Of a stretch of 64,000 nt of DNA, positions 29,322 to 40,595 are shown piece after piece. The position numbers and the translations under genes are program-made. The notes beneath the pieces were generated by a model. That model ran no database searches and had not been told where the DNA came from. It saw only the letters and a list, made by a program, of their open reading frames with translations. Source of the DNA: the human T2T-CHM13v2.0 reference genome, Homo sapiens; NCBI RefSeq assembly GCF_009914755.1, contig NC_060932.1; one strand, written 5' to 3'. Positions within the stretch are counted from its first letter, which is position 1. Each line of letters opens with the position of its first letter.

Positions 29322-29352
29322 CTCCCGCCTTTTTTCCCAGCGGCGGGAGAAG
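29319..29352. other. Mitochondrial light-strand replication origin (OriL) hairpin, nuclear copy
   Basis: Perfect 11-bp stem cttctcccgcc/ggcgggagaag with a T-rich 12-nt loop, between tRNA-Cys and tRNA-Asn. Confidence 0.95.
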
Positions 29353-29424
29353 TAGATTGAAGCCACTTGATTAGGGTGTTTAGCTGTTAACTAAATTTTC
29401 GTGGGTTTAATTCCACCAATCTAG
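29353..29424 (+). pseudogene. MT-TN: mt-tRNA-Asn pseudogene
   Basis: tagattgaagcc...gctgttaactaa...caatctag; GTT anticodon. Confidence 0.92.
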
Positions 29425-29425
29425 A

Positions 29426-29494
29426 GAGGGCTTAGCTTAATTAAAGTAGTTGATTTGCGTTCAATTGATGCAGAGTGGAGTCTTGCAGTCCTTA
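29426..29494 (+). pseudogene. MT-TA: mt-tRNA-Ala pseudogene
   Basis: gagggcttagcttaattaaagt...atttgcgttc...gtcctta; TGC anticodon. Confidence 0.92.
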
Positions 29495-29503
29495 GGTTTG
29501 TTG

Positions 29504-29571
29504 CAGAAATTAAGTATAATTTACTTGCTAAAGGCTTTGAAGGCCATTGGTCTTATTTAACCTAAATTTCT
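29504..29571 (-). pseudogene. MT-TW: mt-tRNA-Trp pseudogene
   Basis: Reverse complement agaaatttaggttaaataagacc...ccttcaaagcc...acttaatttctg; TCA anticodon. Confidence 0.92.
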
Positions 29572-29993
29572 AGATCATAGATAGTGTTAATGGAGAAATA
29601 GGTAAGAGGAGGGTAGAGATTATAAGTGGGGGGAGGGGTAATATGGACTTTGTGTTTTTGAACCGTCATTTTATTTTTATGTTATTAGATGTGGGGAATA
29701 TTGTCACTGAGGTAGAGTAAATTAAGCGTGTGTAAAAGTATAGGTTGAGTAGGGTTATAATATCTATAATGGTTGGGGTAATAAGACTGTTGTTTTTTGT
29801 AAGTTCTTGGATGGTAACTCATTTAGGGAGAAATCCCATTAATGGGGGTAAACCTCCTAGGGATAATAAAATTAATGGAATTATAGGTGTTAGTCATGTT
29901 AGTTTATTTCAGGTGTGGAATATTGATAGGGTTGTAGTGCTTGTGCTCAGATTGAGTGTAAGAAATGCGGTAATTGTTAGAATAAAGTAAAAA
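29572..29993 (-). pseudogene. MT-ND2: Mitochondrial ND2 pseudogene, 3' part
   Basis: Reverse complement encodes LSLGGLPPLMGFLPKW and [15 protein letters not shown]-like segments directly upstream of tRNA-Trp. Confidence 0.93.
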
Positions 29994-30069
29994 ATACTGC
30001 AATATAATTATTCAAACTCACAAGTGAATTATTTCTGTTGTTTATTGAGATGGAATAATAAGTAACTAA

Positions 30070-30870
30070 ACCTTCCCACCCACTAAAATATCTAAAAATG
30101 GATAAACTGTGAAATATCAGTTTTCTGACACCAGACATTGAGCAGTCCTGGGTAATAATCCATGAGATAGGGTAAGCAAATTATTTAAGGCAAATGTTTG
30201 TTCCAGCTCATTGCCTGGAAAGAGTTCCAGGCCACAGGAAAGGAGGGTAATCAGGGGGGAGCCTGACTATCTCTGTGGGTTAAAGAGACCAATCTGAGTG
30301 TTTATGAGACTAAGGCAGATTGATTTTGCAGGGCGTAATACCAGGGAAGAGAGAGTTGTACTGAGAGAGCTAAGAAGATATGCAGAGGGTACCCCTCAAT
30401 TCTTCACTTAAATATTGATCTGCTAACGCATGTGATGAAACTACTTGAAGCAGAGACAATATTTCCCCCCAAAAATAGAGGGAACAACACCTAGTGCCAT
30501 CCTTGGTTCTGGAATGGTTTCTATTTCACTATCCAGAGTAAATCACCTCATAATCCCAGGGACAAATGAATAGTTCTCAGAAGGATATTCCCTCAGTAGT
30601 ATGTCAACATTAGCTGTAAGTTAGAAACTGTACTGGTTCTACATAAAATCCTTAAAAGCATGGCTCAAAAGGATCAAACTGCTGTCAAGTAACTGCACCT
30701 CAGAACAAAGTTCGAGAACATGTATAGGTATATAAAAATCATCCAGCACCCGGCAAGTTAAAAATGCCAATGCCAAGATTACAATTTTTAAAAATCCCAA
30801 GCATTCAAATAAGAAGGAAAACATAGTCCAAAATGAGAAAATTTAAACGATAGAATCAGGCCTGAAATAA
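30070..30870 (+). mobile_element. Ancient L1M 5' region fragment
   Basis: Resemblance to L1M 5' end sequence ('aaaagcatggctcaaaaggatcaaactg', 'aaacatagtccaaaatgagaaa'); subfamily unresolved. Confidence 0.45.
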
Positions 30871-30974
30871 TAGTGATGACATTACAGCAGAAAACAGGTT
30901 TTTAAATTTTTTTTTAATACCTGACCAACTAAACAAACAATTAGCGATTGTCAAGGATTTGGAATATATTTATC

Positions 30975-31505
30975 TGTATTAGTTTCCTATTGCTGCTGTA
31001 ACAAATAACTTTAAGCTGAGTGGCTTAAAGCAACCTAGGTTTATTTTACTATAGTACAGTTCTGGAGGTCAGAAGTCTGCAATGTGCCTTACAGGGCTAA
31101 AGTCAAAGTGTTTATAGGGCTATTTTCCTTCTGGAGGCTCTAGGGGAGAATTCTTTCCTCTGACATTTTCAGCTTCTAGAGACTGTTCGTGACCCATCCC
31201 TCCATCTTCATATCCAACTTTGTAGCACATTTCTTCTTTCTCTGACCTCTTGCCTCCTTCTTATCATGATCCAATTATGTGATTATCCTTATAAGAAGGA
31301 GGCAGGACATCAGAGAGAGAAAAAAAATGTGCTTATGTTGTGATTATGTTGTCCTCTCCCAGAAAATCCAGAATAATTCTTCTGTCTCCAGATCTTTAAT
31401 TCAATCACATCTGAAAAGGCCCTTATGCACTATAAGGTAACATATTTGCAGGTTCCTAAGATTAGAATGGGACCACCTTTCAGAAGAGGCATTATTCCAT
31501 CACTG
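30975..31505 (-). mobile_element. MLT1C/D-like MaLR LTR with an internal inverted duplication
   Basis: 'tgtattagtttcctattgctgctgtaacaaa...cagttctggaggtcagaagtc...ataaggtaacatatttgcaggttcc'. Confidence 0.85.
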
Positions 31506-31509
31506 TTTC

Positions 31510-32700
31510 CTTCCTGTGAGGCAAAATGGTCATTCAAATGTATTTTCCAAAGTTCTTCCCACTTGGAGGATTTCACTTTTCTGTCCATCAGTGCCACTCT
31601 AGACAGTAGTTGAACTATGCCAGCAGTCCAGTTCCAACAGTGACAGCATACTGTGTAAAACAAGCTCATTTTTTCCCTCTTTTAATCTGGGGTTAGGAAA
31701 CTCCTTATTAGGCCACATGCATGTGTGGACAGTGGAATGGTGATGCAGCAAGTGGATGTGTCCTGAGAATCTGAGCCCCCCGCTCACACAACTTACTCAT
31801 TTGTGGCAATCTATTCAAGCCTAATTTCATATACACTTACACATGTACATATATCTTTCATTTCATAATGGGTTCCTGCTGCATGTGATTAGCACTATGA
31901 TTTGATGGATCCTCATTGCAACAGAGATTATAGAGTAATTGGTGCCCCATTATTAAACAATTAGTCTTTATCAGGGTTCTGTACCAAGCAATGAGCTGGT
32001 TCCCAAAAGAATACCATGCAGCCATAAAAAAAGAATGAAAGCATTTCCTTTTAAGCAACATGGACACAACTGGAGGGCATTATCCTAAGAAAATTAACAC
32101 AGGAGTAGAAAATCAAATGTCTCATGTTCTCACTTATAGGCAGGAGCTAAATATTGGGTACATGTGGTCATAAAGATGGCAACAATAGACACTGGGGACT
32201 ACTACTAGATAGGGGAAAGTGGGAAGGAGTATGCGTTGAAAAACTACCTACTGGGTACCTTGCTTCCTACCTGGGTGATGGGATCATTTATACACCAAAC
32301 CTCAGCAACATGAGATACACCCATGTAACAAACCTGTACATGGGCCCCCTGAACCTAAAATAAAAGTAAAAGAAACAAAAAGAAAATATTAACCATAGAG
32401 AAGAACCTAAATACTTGCCTCAAAACCCAAGAGTTTTATGCTGTGATTCTTTTCTAAGTCTCTACACAGCATCCTTACCTTGGACACATTCAGACAAACT
32501 AAGTCTGATGTGTCATAAGGCCTATGTGGCAGGGGGACTGGCACAGCCCTATGAACATGCTGCAGAGGTCTCTTTTGCTCTAAGCCCTACTCATTTTTAG
32601 CAGCTTTACATGTTACACAGGAAATGGGTCAGAGCAGCACATTCAGTTGACATATGTTGACTCCTAAATTCAAAGAGCTCCAGGACTGATACAGAGAGTT
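31510..32700 (-). mobile_element. ERVL/MaLR internal pol remnant (RT-connection-RNase H), split by an L1 3' end
   Basis: ORF 31858..32067 'QLIAWYRTLIKTNCLIMGHQ' resembles ERVL QLLACYWALVETERLTMGHQ; ORF 31430..31669 'KSSKWEEL' resembles KSSQWAEL. Confidence 0.6.
32009..32385 (+). mobile_element. Old L1PA/L1PB 3' end
   Basis: 'gcagccataaaaaaagaatgaaa...catgtaacaaacctgtacatgggccccctgaacctaaaataaaag'. Confidence 0.88.
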
Positions 32701-34289
32701 ACTTTCATGGTTAATGCTAAGATCAACTGTATTTTCTAAAAAATCTAAATCTATGGAAATAAATTCATTTTCTCTCTTTTTTTCCTTCTCTCAAATTTTC
32801 CTTTAAAAATTACATCTAAGAAAATCTTCATTATTTTTTATTGATATATAGATGGTATATATTCTAAAGTAATAAAAACAAGTGATTAGCACTTTCTGAG
32901 AATGTTCTCAATTTGTGATGCTTAGTATTCTTAAACTCAGTTCCATGGTGACATGATTTAAAAGGGCAACAACGGGTGGTGATGCAATTATTGGCTGAGC
33001 TGAAAAGTCCCAGTGGGTGTTAGAATCCACTATAAAACAAGTGTTTAAGGACTCATTGTCAGGCACTATAACATTCAGATGTCTGAGAAAGCTTAGTACA
33101 GTTGATTGTAATAGGGCAATTAAATAGAAAAGCACCTACTTCTGTATTTATTAGCTTTGGTATTCCATGGGTATAAGCAACCCTTAGATCCTCAGATAAT
33201 CTTTTTGATAATATATTATTTGGATGCAAGGGATATTGAACAAAGCATAATTGAAAAAAAGAGTAGGACAAAACAAGTTTTACTGCAGTTCTGAAAAAGA
33301 GAGAAAATAACATAGCTTTCCCTACCTATAAAATGTTAACAGGTATGATTAGTATTAGGGTTTAGTAGATGGCAGGCTATGGCCAGGCCTATCGTACGCC
33401 TGAGGATGCAGAGTAGCAGATTAAGAAAGAAAGTGTTAATAGCTAATGAGCAACCAGTTTTTTTCTATCCCAAGGATGTGGGGGAGAGAGGGAGAAGAAA
33501 AACAGGGAAGATCTATCCCCATTTGTGAACATACTAATCTAGATAACAATTACTACAGAAATACAGAGTTCTTACCAACTGAATGCTGATAGCAAGATGC
33601 ACCATAAGATGTCTGTATACAACTGCTTATGATAAACAGATGTGGGATTTATGGAATTTGGGGACATAGCCTGCTGCAAAATTTCATTGTCAATTATATA
33701 ATTTATAAGAGATAATAATGGAGATGTTTTAAATGGACTGAAATAGTGCATTTGGTGTAAGTGATAGCATGACCTGAAGCCTTTAGAGATGTCTTTCTGA
33801 AAGGTAACTTTTCTATCCTAACAGAATAAAGACAATAAAACCATGTTCTAGCCCCTTTTACCTAGGGTTCCTTGCTCCATGCCAGCTGCATTACATGTAT
33901 AGGAAATTATGGAGACTTGGGGGCTTTAGGTTTACCTATTTACTTGCATCCTCTTCTTGTGAACCCATAACATTTTCTTTTACTCTACTGATATAAGAGT
34001 AAACTGAAATGAAAAAAAAAGGTTAAGTAATAGCTAAGAGATTATTTTTAACAATCTTTGAATCTAGTTCAGATTTAACCTGGTATAGACCTAGAGAAGG
34101 ACTGGCTTGCTTATTTAATTTCAGGATGACTTTGTTTAAGTGGGAAGGATAGAGAAAAGTGAACAGAAACTTCTTCCACATATACATATAAACGGCCTAA
34201 GAATACACAAGTCCTCATTAGAGGCCTGCCACGTTAGAAATATTGAGCTGCCGGATCATTTACCTGAATTTGTGAGTATTTTCCATATA

Positions 34290-34432
34290 TGCTTTTTAAG
34301 CTTTAATGTGCATGTGAATCATACTGGGTATCTAACTAAAACTGAAATAATGGTTCAGTTGGTCTGGGGCAGATCCAGACACTAAAAAACAATGCTAATG
34401 CTTCATGAACCACACTTTGAGTACCAGGGCTC
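34290..34432. mobile_element. MER5A-like remnant
   Basis: 'ctttaatgtgcatgtgaatca...ttcagttggtctggggcag...ccacactttgagtacc'. Confidence 0.6.
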
Positions 34433-35059
34433 TAGGGGGTTGTGAGAGTGGACTTTTGCAATGGGAGATATGGTAGTGCTATATGGAATGCAATGGCAAA
34501 GAAAATGTAAGTAAATATTGAGAAGGAGTTTTTCTTAGAGGAGGAAGATACGGTATGTAGGATACCAAGACCCAAGCAGACAAGATTGAGCTGTGGAACA
34601 GGAGGTCAGTGGTAGCCTCTTCCCTGGATATTAGACCAGTCCTTCTGGTGAATCTCTGCTAAAGTACATGCTGCAACATATGCCACATGCTGTAAGCTCT
34701 GAAAATAATCTTCAAGAACATATTCCATTTTTTTGCCTCTTTTTCTGCCCTATGTACAGCTTCTCAGATATTGTGCTTCAGTGACAGCTCATATGCTTAC
34801 ATACATAACAAGGGTGTCTGGTGCCAAGAGGTCTTTGCTAAATTAGTATTAATGTTGCTGAAGAAAATCTGAGAGTATATAAATAATATCATAAGGACAT
34901 GTTAGAGTGAGTCCTTGCATCGTGATGATGCTTCCAGAACCTTCTGCTGCTACTTTATTCTATTCAAGATACAATTGGTGATTTGGTTAATTATTAACAG
35001 GACACCAGATTTGAAGGTGTTGAAATGAGTCCATTACCTGAAGGTGTTAGCCTAGGAAA

Positions 35060-35810
35060 AAAAATGTGCATTGCTACTAGAGTGCAAAATAATACAATCA
35101 TTTCGGAGAATGGAATGCCAAATTTTCGTAAACATACACATATCCCATGTCCTGGCCATTCCACAGGTAATTCCAAAGAGAACAACGTAAGTGTCTATCA
35201 ACTGGAGAAATGGATTTAAAAATTGTAGTATAAAAATTTAATGGTATACTTCCAAGAAATAAAAAGAAATAATCTCTTAATGTGTGCAACAATGTAGATG
35301 AACCAGAAATACAATAGATTGAGCTAAGAAATGAGGAAACAAAAGAGTTCATACTGTGTTATTCCATTTAAATGAAGTTTAAAGACATTCAAAACTAACC
35401 TGCAGTAGAAATCAGAAAACTATAGCACAAGGCCAAATCAATTCTGCTCCCTAATTTTGAATATGTATAGCACTGAATAGAGCATTTAAAAAATATTGTT
35501 AAAGGATTATTAAAAAACGAAGAATATATGAGACAGAAATATGGAGCCCACAAAACTTGCAATATTTATTGCCTGATATATTTTAAAAAGTGCACTGATG
35601 ATGCTGGCTGCATAGTGATAAAATTTAGAAACTAATCACCTCTTGCTGACTGGAAATTGACTAGAAAAGGAGCACAAGGAAATTTTCTAGAATGACAGAA
35701 ATGTTTTATACATCATTGTAGTTGTGATTATGAGTGTCTTCAATTGTCAAAACTCATTAAACAGAACATTTGAATTGTGTAATTTTATTATAATTTGTAC
35801 TTCAAATATA
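35060..35810 (+). mobile_element. L1ME-type 3' end with a nested MER58-like fragment (~35420-35600)
   Basis: 'catactgtgttattccatttaaatgaagtt', 'aaggagcacaaggaaattttct', 'ttgtcaaaactcatt'. Confidence 0.6.
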
Positions 35811-36618
35811 TAATGGCATAACTTTAAAAACATCAAAATGTAATACTATTAAGAATAATGAGATGGTCCTAAATTAGCATCTGCCAGCTAACCCCTTGAC
35901 AATCCTGGGAACTCAAAATAAAAAAGCAAAGAGCCTCTAACAGATCCAGTTCTGTCTCTTAGAGGTGGGCTCTTGAAAAGCTAGCCGTTGATTGGTCACT
36001 CCATGAGGGAACAATTTCTGTACTGGTGCTGAGTAGACTCGTGTTATAGATCAAGATAAATATCAGAATCCCTGCTGTAATGCTTGTCGCTGACAACTGG
36101 GACATGTGTCAACACCAGCAAGGATTGTATCACAGCTGAGGCATGCATATCATAGCTCCATGCACAGCACTACAGGGACAATTCAAATGTATCCAGTACC
36201 TAGTCAGTGACCATGCTTATGTCTCAACAAATGACACCTCCACCACATCAAGTGTTCTTGAAACTCCACCCAGAAAATACTAGACTTCTCCCTAGGAGTC
36301 AGCTGAATAGCTTTTCTGCTTTTCTAGGCTTTGCAAATCTCCAGACTAAATACTAAAGGAGAGCCAGTAGTATTATTACTAACCTGTAGATAGTCTAGAT
36401 TATTATTGTTAGAGGTCAATTTGAGTAGAATCCTGGTGGCTTACTTTAAAAGTATGTTAAATACTGGCTCACAAAAGTTGTTGGATAAAATTAGTAAAGG
36501 TAGCCAGAAACAAAAGTACTGACATAGACTGAATATGAACATTATTCATGATCTTTTTTTTACATCCTGATCACTGTCAATATGAGCTTGGCATGGTCCT
36601 GGGATGAAGATGAATGGA

Positions 36619-36935
36619 GGCCAGGTGTGGTGCTCATGCCTGTGATCCCAGCACTTTAGGGGGCTGAGGTAGGTGGATTGCTTGAATTCAGGAGTTCGAG
36701 ACCAGCCTGGGCAATATTGCAAAACCCCTTATCTCTACAAAATACAAAAAAGTTAACCAGGCATGGTGGTGCGTGCCTATAGTCCCAGCTGCTTGGGAGG
36801 CTGAGATGGGAGGACAGCTTGAGCATGTGGATATTGAGGCTGCAGTGAGCCATGATCAATGCCACTGCACTCCAGCCTGGGTGACAGAGCAAGATCCTGT
36901 CTCAAAACAAACAAACAAACAAACAAACAAACAAA
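36619..36935 (+). mobile_element. AluJ with (AAAC)n tail
   Basis: Dimeric Alu with J-type 'ggattgcttgaattcaggag', 'gaggctgcagtgagccatgatc'. Confidence 0.93.
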
Positions 36936-37431
36936 TAGAAAAGATACAGTGGAAAGCCAAAGAGGTGCTAATACAGAGAAATGAGGAATAATTAGCAGAG
37001 GAAACATGCGGTGTCAGCCTGACACCCAATCAGCCAGGCAGATAGATGATTGTAGATAATCTGGGAAAATGTATGGGTGGTAGAGAAGGTAAGAGAAAGT
37101 GATTTAGGTTATCATGATCAAATGGCTACAAGTAGATACAATCCCTTTATAACCTGTAACAGTTGTTGCTGCAGAGAAGATCCTGGGCCCTGTTTGTATA
37201 TAGATACTATAGCAATAAGCCAAGTCACTAAACTTATGAATTATGGAAGTCAGATATGATAGATTTTAATGTCACTTCATCATCAAACCACAGCTTTTGT
37301 GTTACCTTTCTTGACAGCAGTTTTGAAGCCAGAGGTGTGATCCTCAATAAGGCGAGATAATAGCAGGAATAACTTATTTTGTTAAGTCCATTAAGAGTAT
37401 CCAAGTAGTATGTTTAATTCATAAATATTAG

Positions 37432-38252
37432 AAAGTAACAAATGCTGGGAATGTGCTGAAAAGGGAGGATGCCTGTACACTGCTGGTAGGAATATGACTT
37501 GCATAACCACTATAAAAAAACAGTATGGAGATTCTTCAAAAAACTAAAAACAGAACTACTATTTGACCTAGTGACCCCGTTCATGGGTATATATCATAAA
37601 GAGAGGAAATCAGTATATCAAAGAGATATCTACACTCCAGATAATTTGTACTCCATGTTTATTGCAGCACTATTTATAATTGCCAAGATAAGGAATCAAC
37701 CTAAGTGCCCATCAATGGATGAAAGAAAATATGACATACACATTGAAATATTAATCAGCCACAAGAAAATGAAATCTAATCTTTGGCAACAATAGGGATG
37801 GACCTGGGGGACATTATGTTAAGTGAAATAAACCGAACACAGAAGCACAAATGTCTTATATTCTCACTCATATGTGAAAACTAAAAGAATTGATCTAATG
37901 GAGTGGAGGTGGAGAGTAAAATAATGTTTACTAGAGGCTCAGAAGGGTAGTGGGTGAGGAGAAAGGGATAAAGAGATTGGTTTTAATGGGTACAAATATG
38001 CAATTAGAAGAATTAAGATCTAGTGTTCAGTAGCACAATAGGGCAACTACAGCTAACAATAATTTACTATGTATTTCAAAATAGCCAGAAAAGTACATTT
38101 GGAATGTTCCCAACACAAATAAAGAGTAAATGTTTGAAGTGATACATATCCCAATTCCCCAGATTTGATTATTACACATTGTATGCCTGTATCAAAATAT
38201 TACATGTACCCCATAAATATGTACAACAATTGTGTATCCATATATATAAAAA
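37432..38252 (+). mobile_element. L1MA-type 3' end
   Basis: ORF2 end remnant (ORF 37499..37795 KTVWRFFKKLKTEL, MFIAALF) plus 3' UTR 'catgtaccccataaatatgtaca'. Confidence 0.85.
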
Positions 38253-39409
38253 ATTGGCATTGGTAGAAAAAGTAAAATTATTCATCTAGAACCAGGGAAG
38301 TTATAAAAATGGCCACACCGAACTAGTGAACATTGTTATATAAAAATTTGGACATAAAAGCCAGAGACTTATCTTTGACATGAAGAAGCTATTGAATATG
38401 TGGAAAGGTAATATAAAACTCTGCATAAATAATATTTAAATTTTTAAGAAAATTGCCAGGTGTAAACCCTGTCTCAGGGACTTGTAATATTTAATATGAC
38501 TTAATGCAGTAATGTACTCTAAGAATAATATTGTATAATTGAAGTTATGGAAATAATTTTGAAAAATTAAGACACACTATGAGAACAAGCAAATATGGCA
38601 TATACTCTTCTTCTGAATGCTATAAAAAGTTGCCCATAAAATAAATCAAAAGGCATGAACATAGTTTTTCACATTTATCAAGAACAAAGATATAAAGGGA
38701 AATGAATTTTATATTTCTTTAGAAAGTCCAGTCTCAAGGGGACAGATGTGGCAATTTCCAAAGTGACACAAGAAGCATATCTGATTACAACTTGCTAGGT
38801 ACAAGGTGAATAACAGTTGACAAGTGAGATTACAAATGTCAATCTATCAAATATTTGCTTGTTTCTTAATTTTAGGAAATGTTTAGATAGTGTTACGACG
38901 TGAGGAATGTACATCTGGTGATAGTATATCTCTACCCTTAATTATGCCATAAGAAATGAACTAGATTTGGGTACTTATTACTAACTTCACGAGTAAGTAC
39001 CATATGTACTTGCTTTTTAAATGTACTTACTTTTAATATGAAAGAAACAGGTACTACAGTGATGTGCTAGCTTTAGTGTAGGAGTTGGTAGGGGGCAGGA
39101 GATTAATGGTGTGGAATAAAAATGTGAATATGAGAAAACAATGATCAACAGCACAAGATTGCCAGTTGCCTTAAATACTAAATTGGTCATGAAAAATTGT
39201 CCTTTATAAAAACTCTTTGAAATATCAAGGAGTGTGAAAATCTCAAGCATGAATTTTAAAAATAATGATAAAATACTTGTGCATAAAACATTATTTCTGA
39301 GGTAGGCTAAAATGTAGTTCCTTACATGGTAAATATTTTATAAGAGGGGCACTCAAGTGTTTATGTAATCAGAAATATAATAAATATGAATTATGTTGTT
39401 TTTAAAATG

Positions 39410-40595
39410 TATTTTTTGTGGTTTATTTTTCTTTATTTCATTTTAGATCCAGGGAGTACATGTGCAGGATTGTTGCATGGGTATATTGCATGATGCTAAG
39501 GTTTGGCCTTCTAATGATCCTGTCACCCAAGTAGTGAACATGATACCCAATAGGTAGTTTTCTAACCCTTGCCTCCCTGTGTCCCTCCCTCATTTTGTGA
39601 TCCCCAGTGTTTATTATTCCCATATTTATGTCCATGTGTATTCAATGTTTAGCTCCCATCTATAAGTGAGAACATGTGGCATTTGGTTTTCTGTTTCTGC
39701 ATTAATTCACTTAGGATAATGGTCTCCAGCTGCATCCATGTTGCTGAAAAGGAAATGATTTTGTTATTTTGTATGGCTGTGTAGTATTCCATGGTGTATA
39801 TATACATTTTCTTTCTCCAATCCACGGTTGATGGACATCTGGGTTGATTCCATGTCTTTTGCTATTGTGAATAGTGCTGTGCTAAACATATGAATGCAAG
39901 TGTCTCTTTGGGAGAATGATTTATTTTCTTTTGGGTAATAAATTCCCAGTAATGAGATTGCAGGCTGAAATGGTAATTCGATTTTTACTTCTTTGAGAAA
40001 TCTTCAAACGGCTTTCCACGGTGGCCAAACACATTTACATTCCCTGCAACAATGCATAGGTGTTCCCTTTTCTCTGCAACTTTGTCAACATCTGTTCTTC
40101 TTTAAGTTTTATAGCCAATCTGACTTGTATGAGATGGTATTTCATTGTGGTTTTGATTTGCATCTCTCTAAAGATTAGTGATGTTTGTTAGCTGCTTATA
40201 GATCTTTTGAGAAGTGTCTGTTGATATGCTTTGCACACTTTTAAATGTTTTTTTTAAATTTTTTTTAATGGTTGATTCGCTTAAGTTCCTTAAAGATTCT
40301 GGATATTAGCCCTTTGTCAGATGCTTGGTTTGCAAATATTTTCTCCCATTCTTTAGGTTATCTGTTTACTCTTTTGAGAGTTTCTTTTGCTGTACATAAG
40401 TGCTCCAGTTTAATTAGGTCCTATTTGTCAATTTTGTTTCTGTTGCATTTGCTTTTGAGGACTTAGTCATAAATTCTTTGACTAGGCAAATGTCTAGAAG
40501 AGCATTTGCTAGGTTTTCTTCCAGGACTTTTACATTATGAGGTCTTACATTTAATCTTTTAAGACATTTTGAGTTAATTTTTGTATATAGTGAGT
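39410..40595 (-). mobile_element. Old L1PA/L1PB 3' end
   Basis: T-rich tail followed by 'gtacatgtgcaggattgttgcatgggtatattg...tataagtgagaacatgtgg'. Confidence 0.88.

Noticed and set aside
29174-29571. Functional tRNA cluster
   Set aside because: These are mitochondrial-type tRNAs in nuclear context, and the Tyr and Cys anticodons are destroyed
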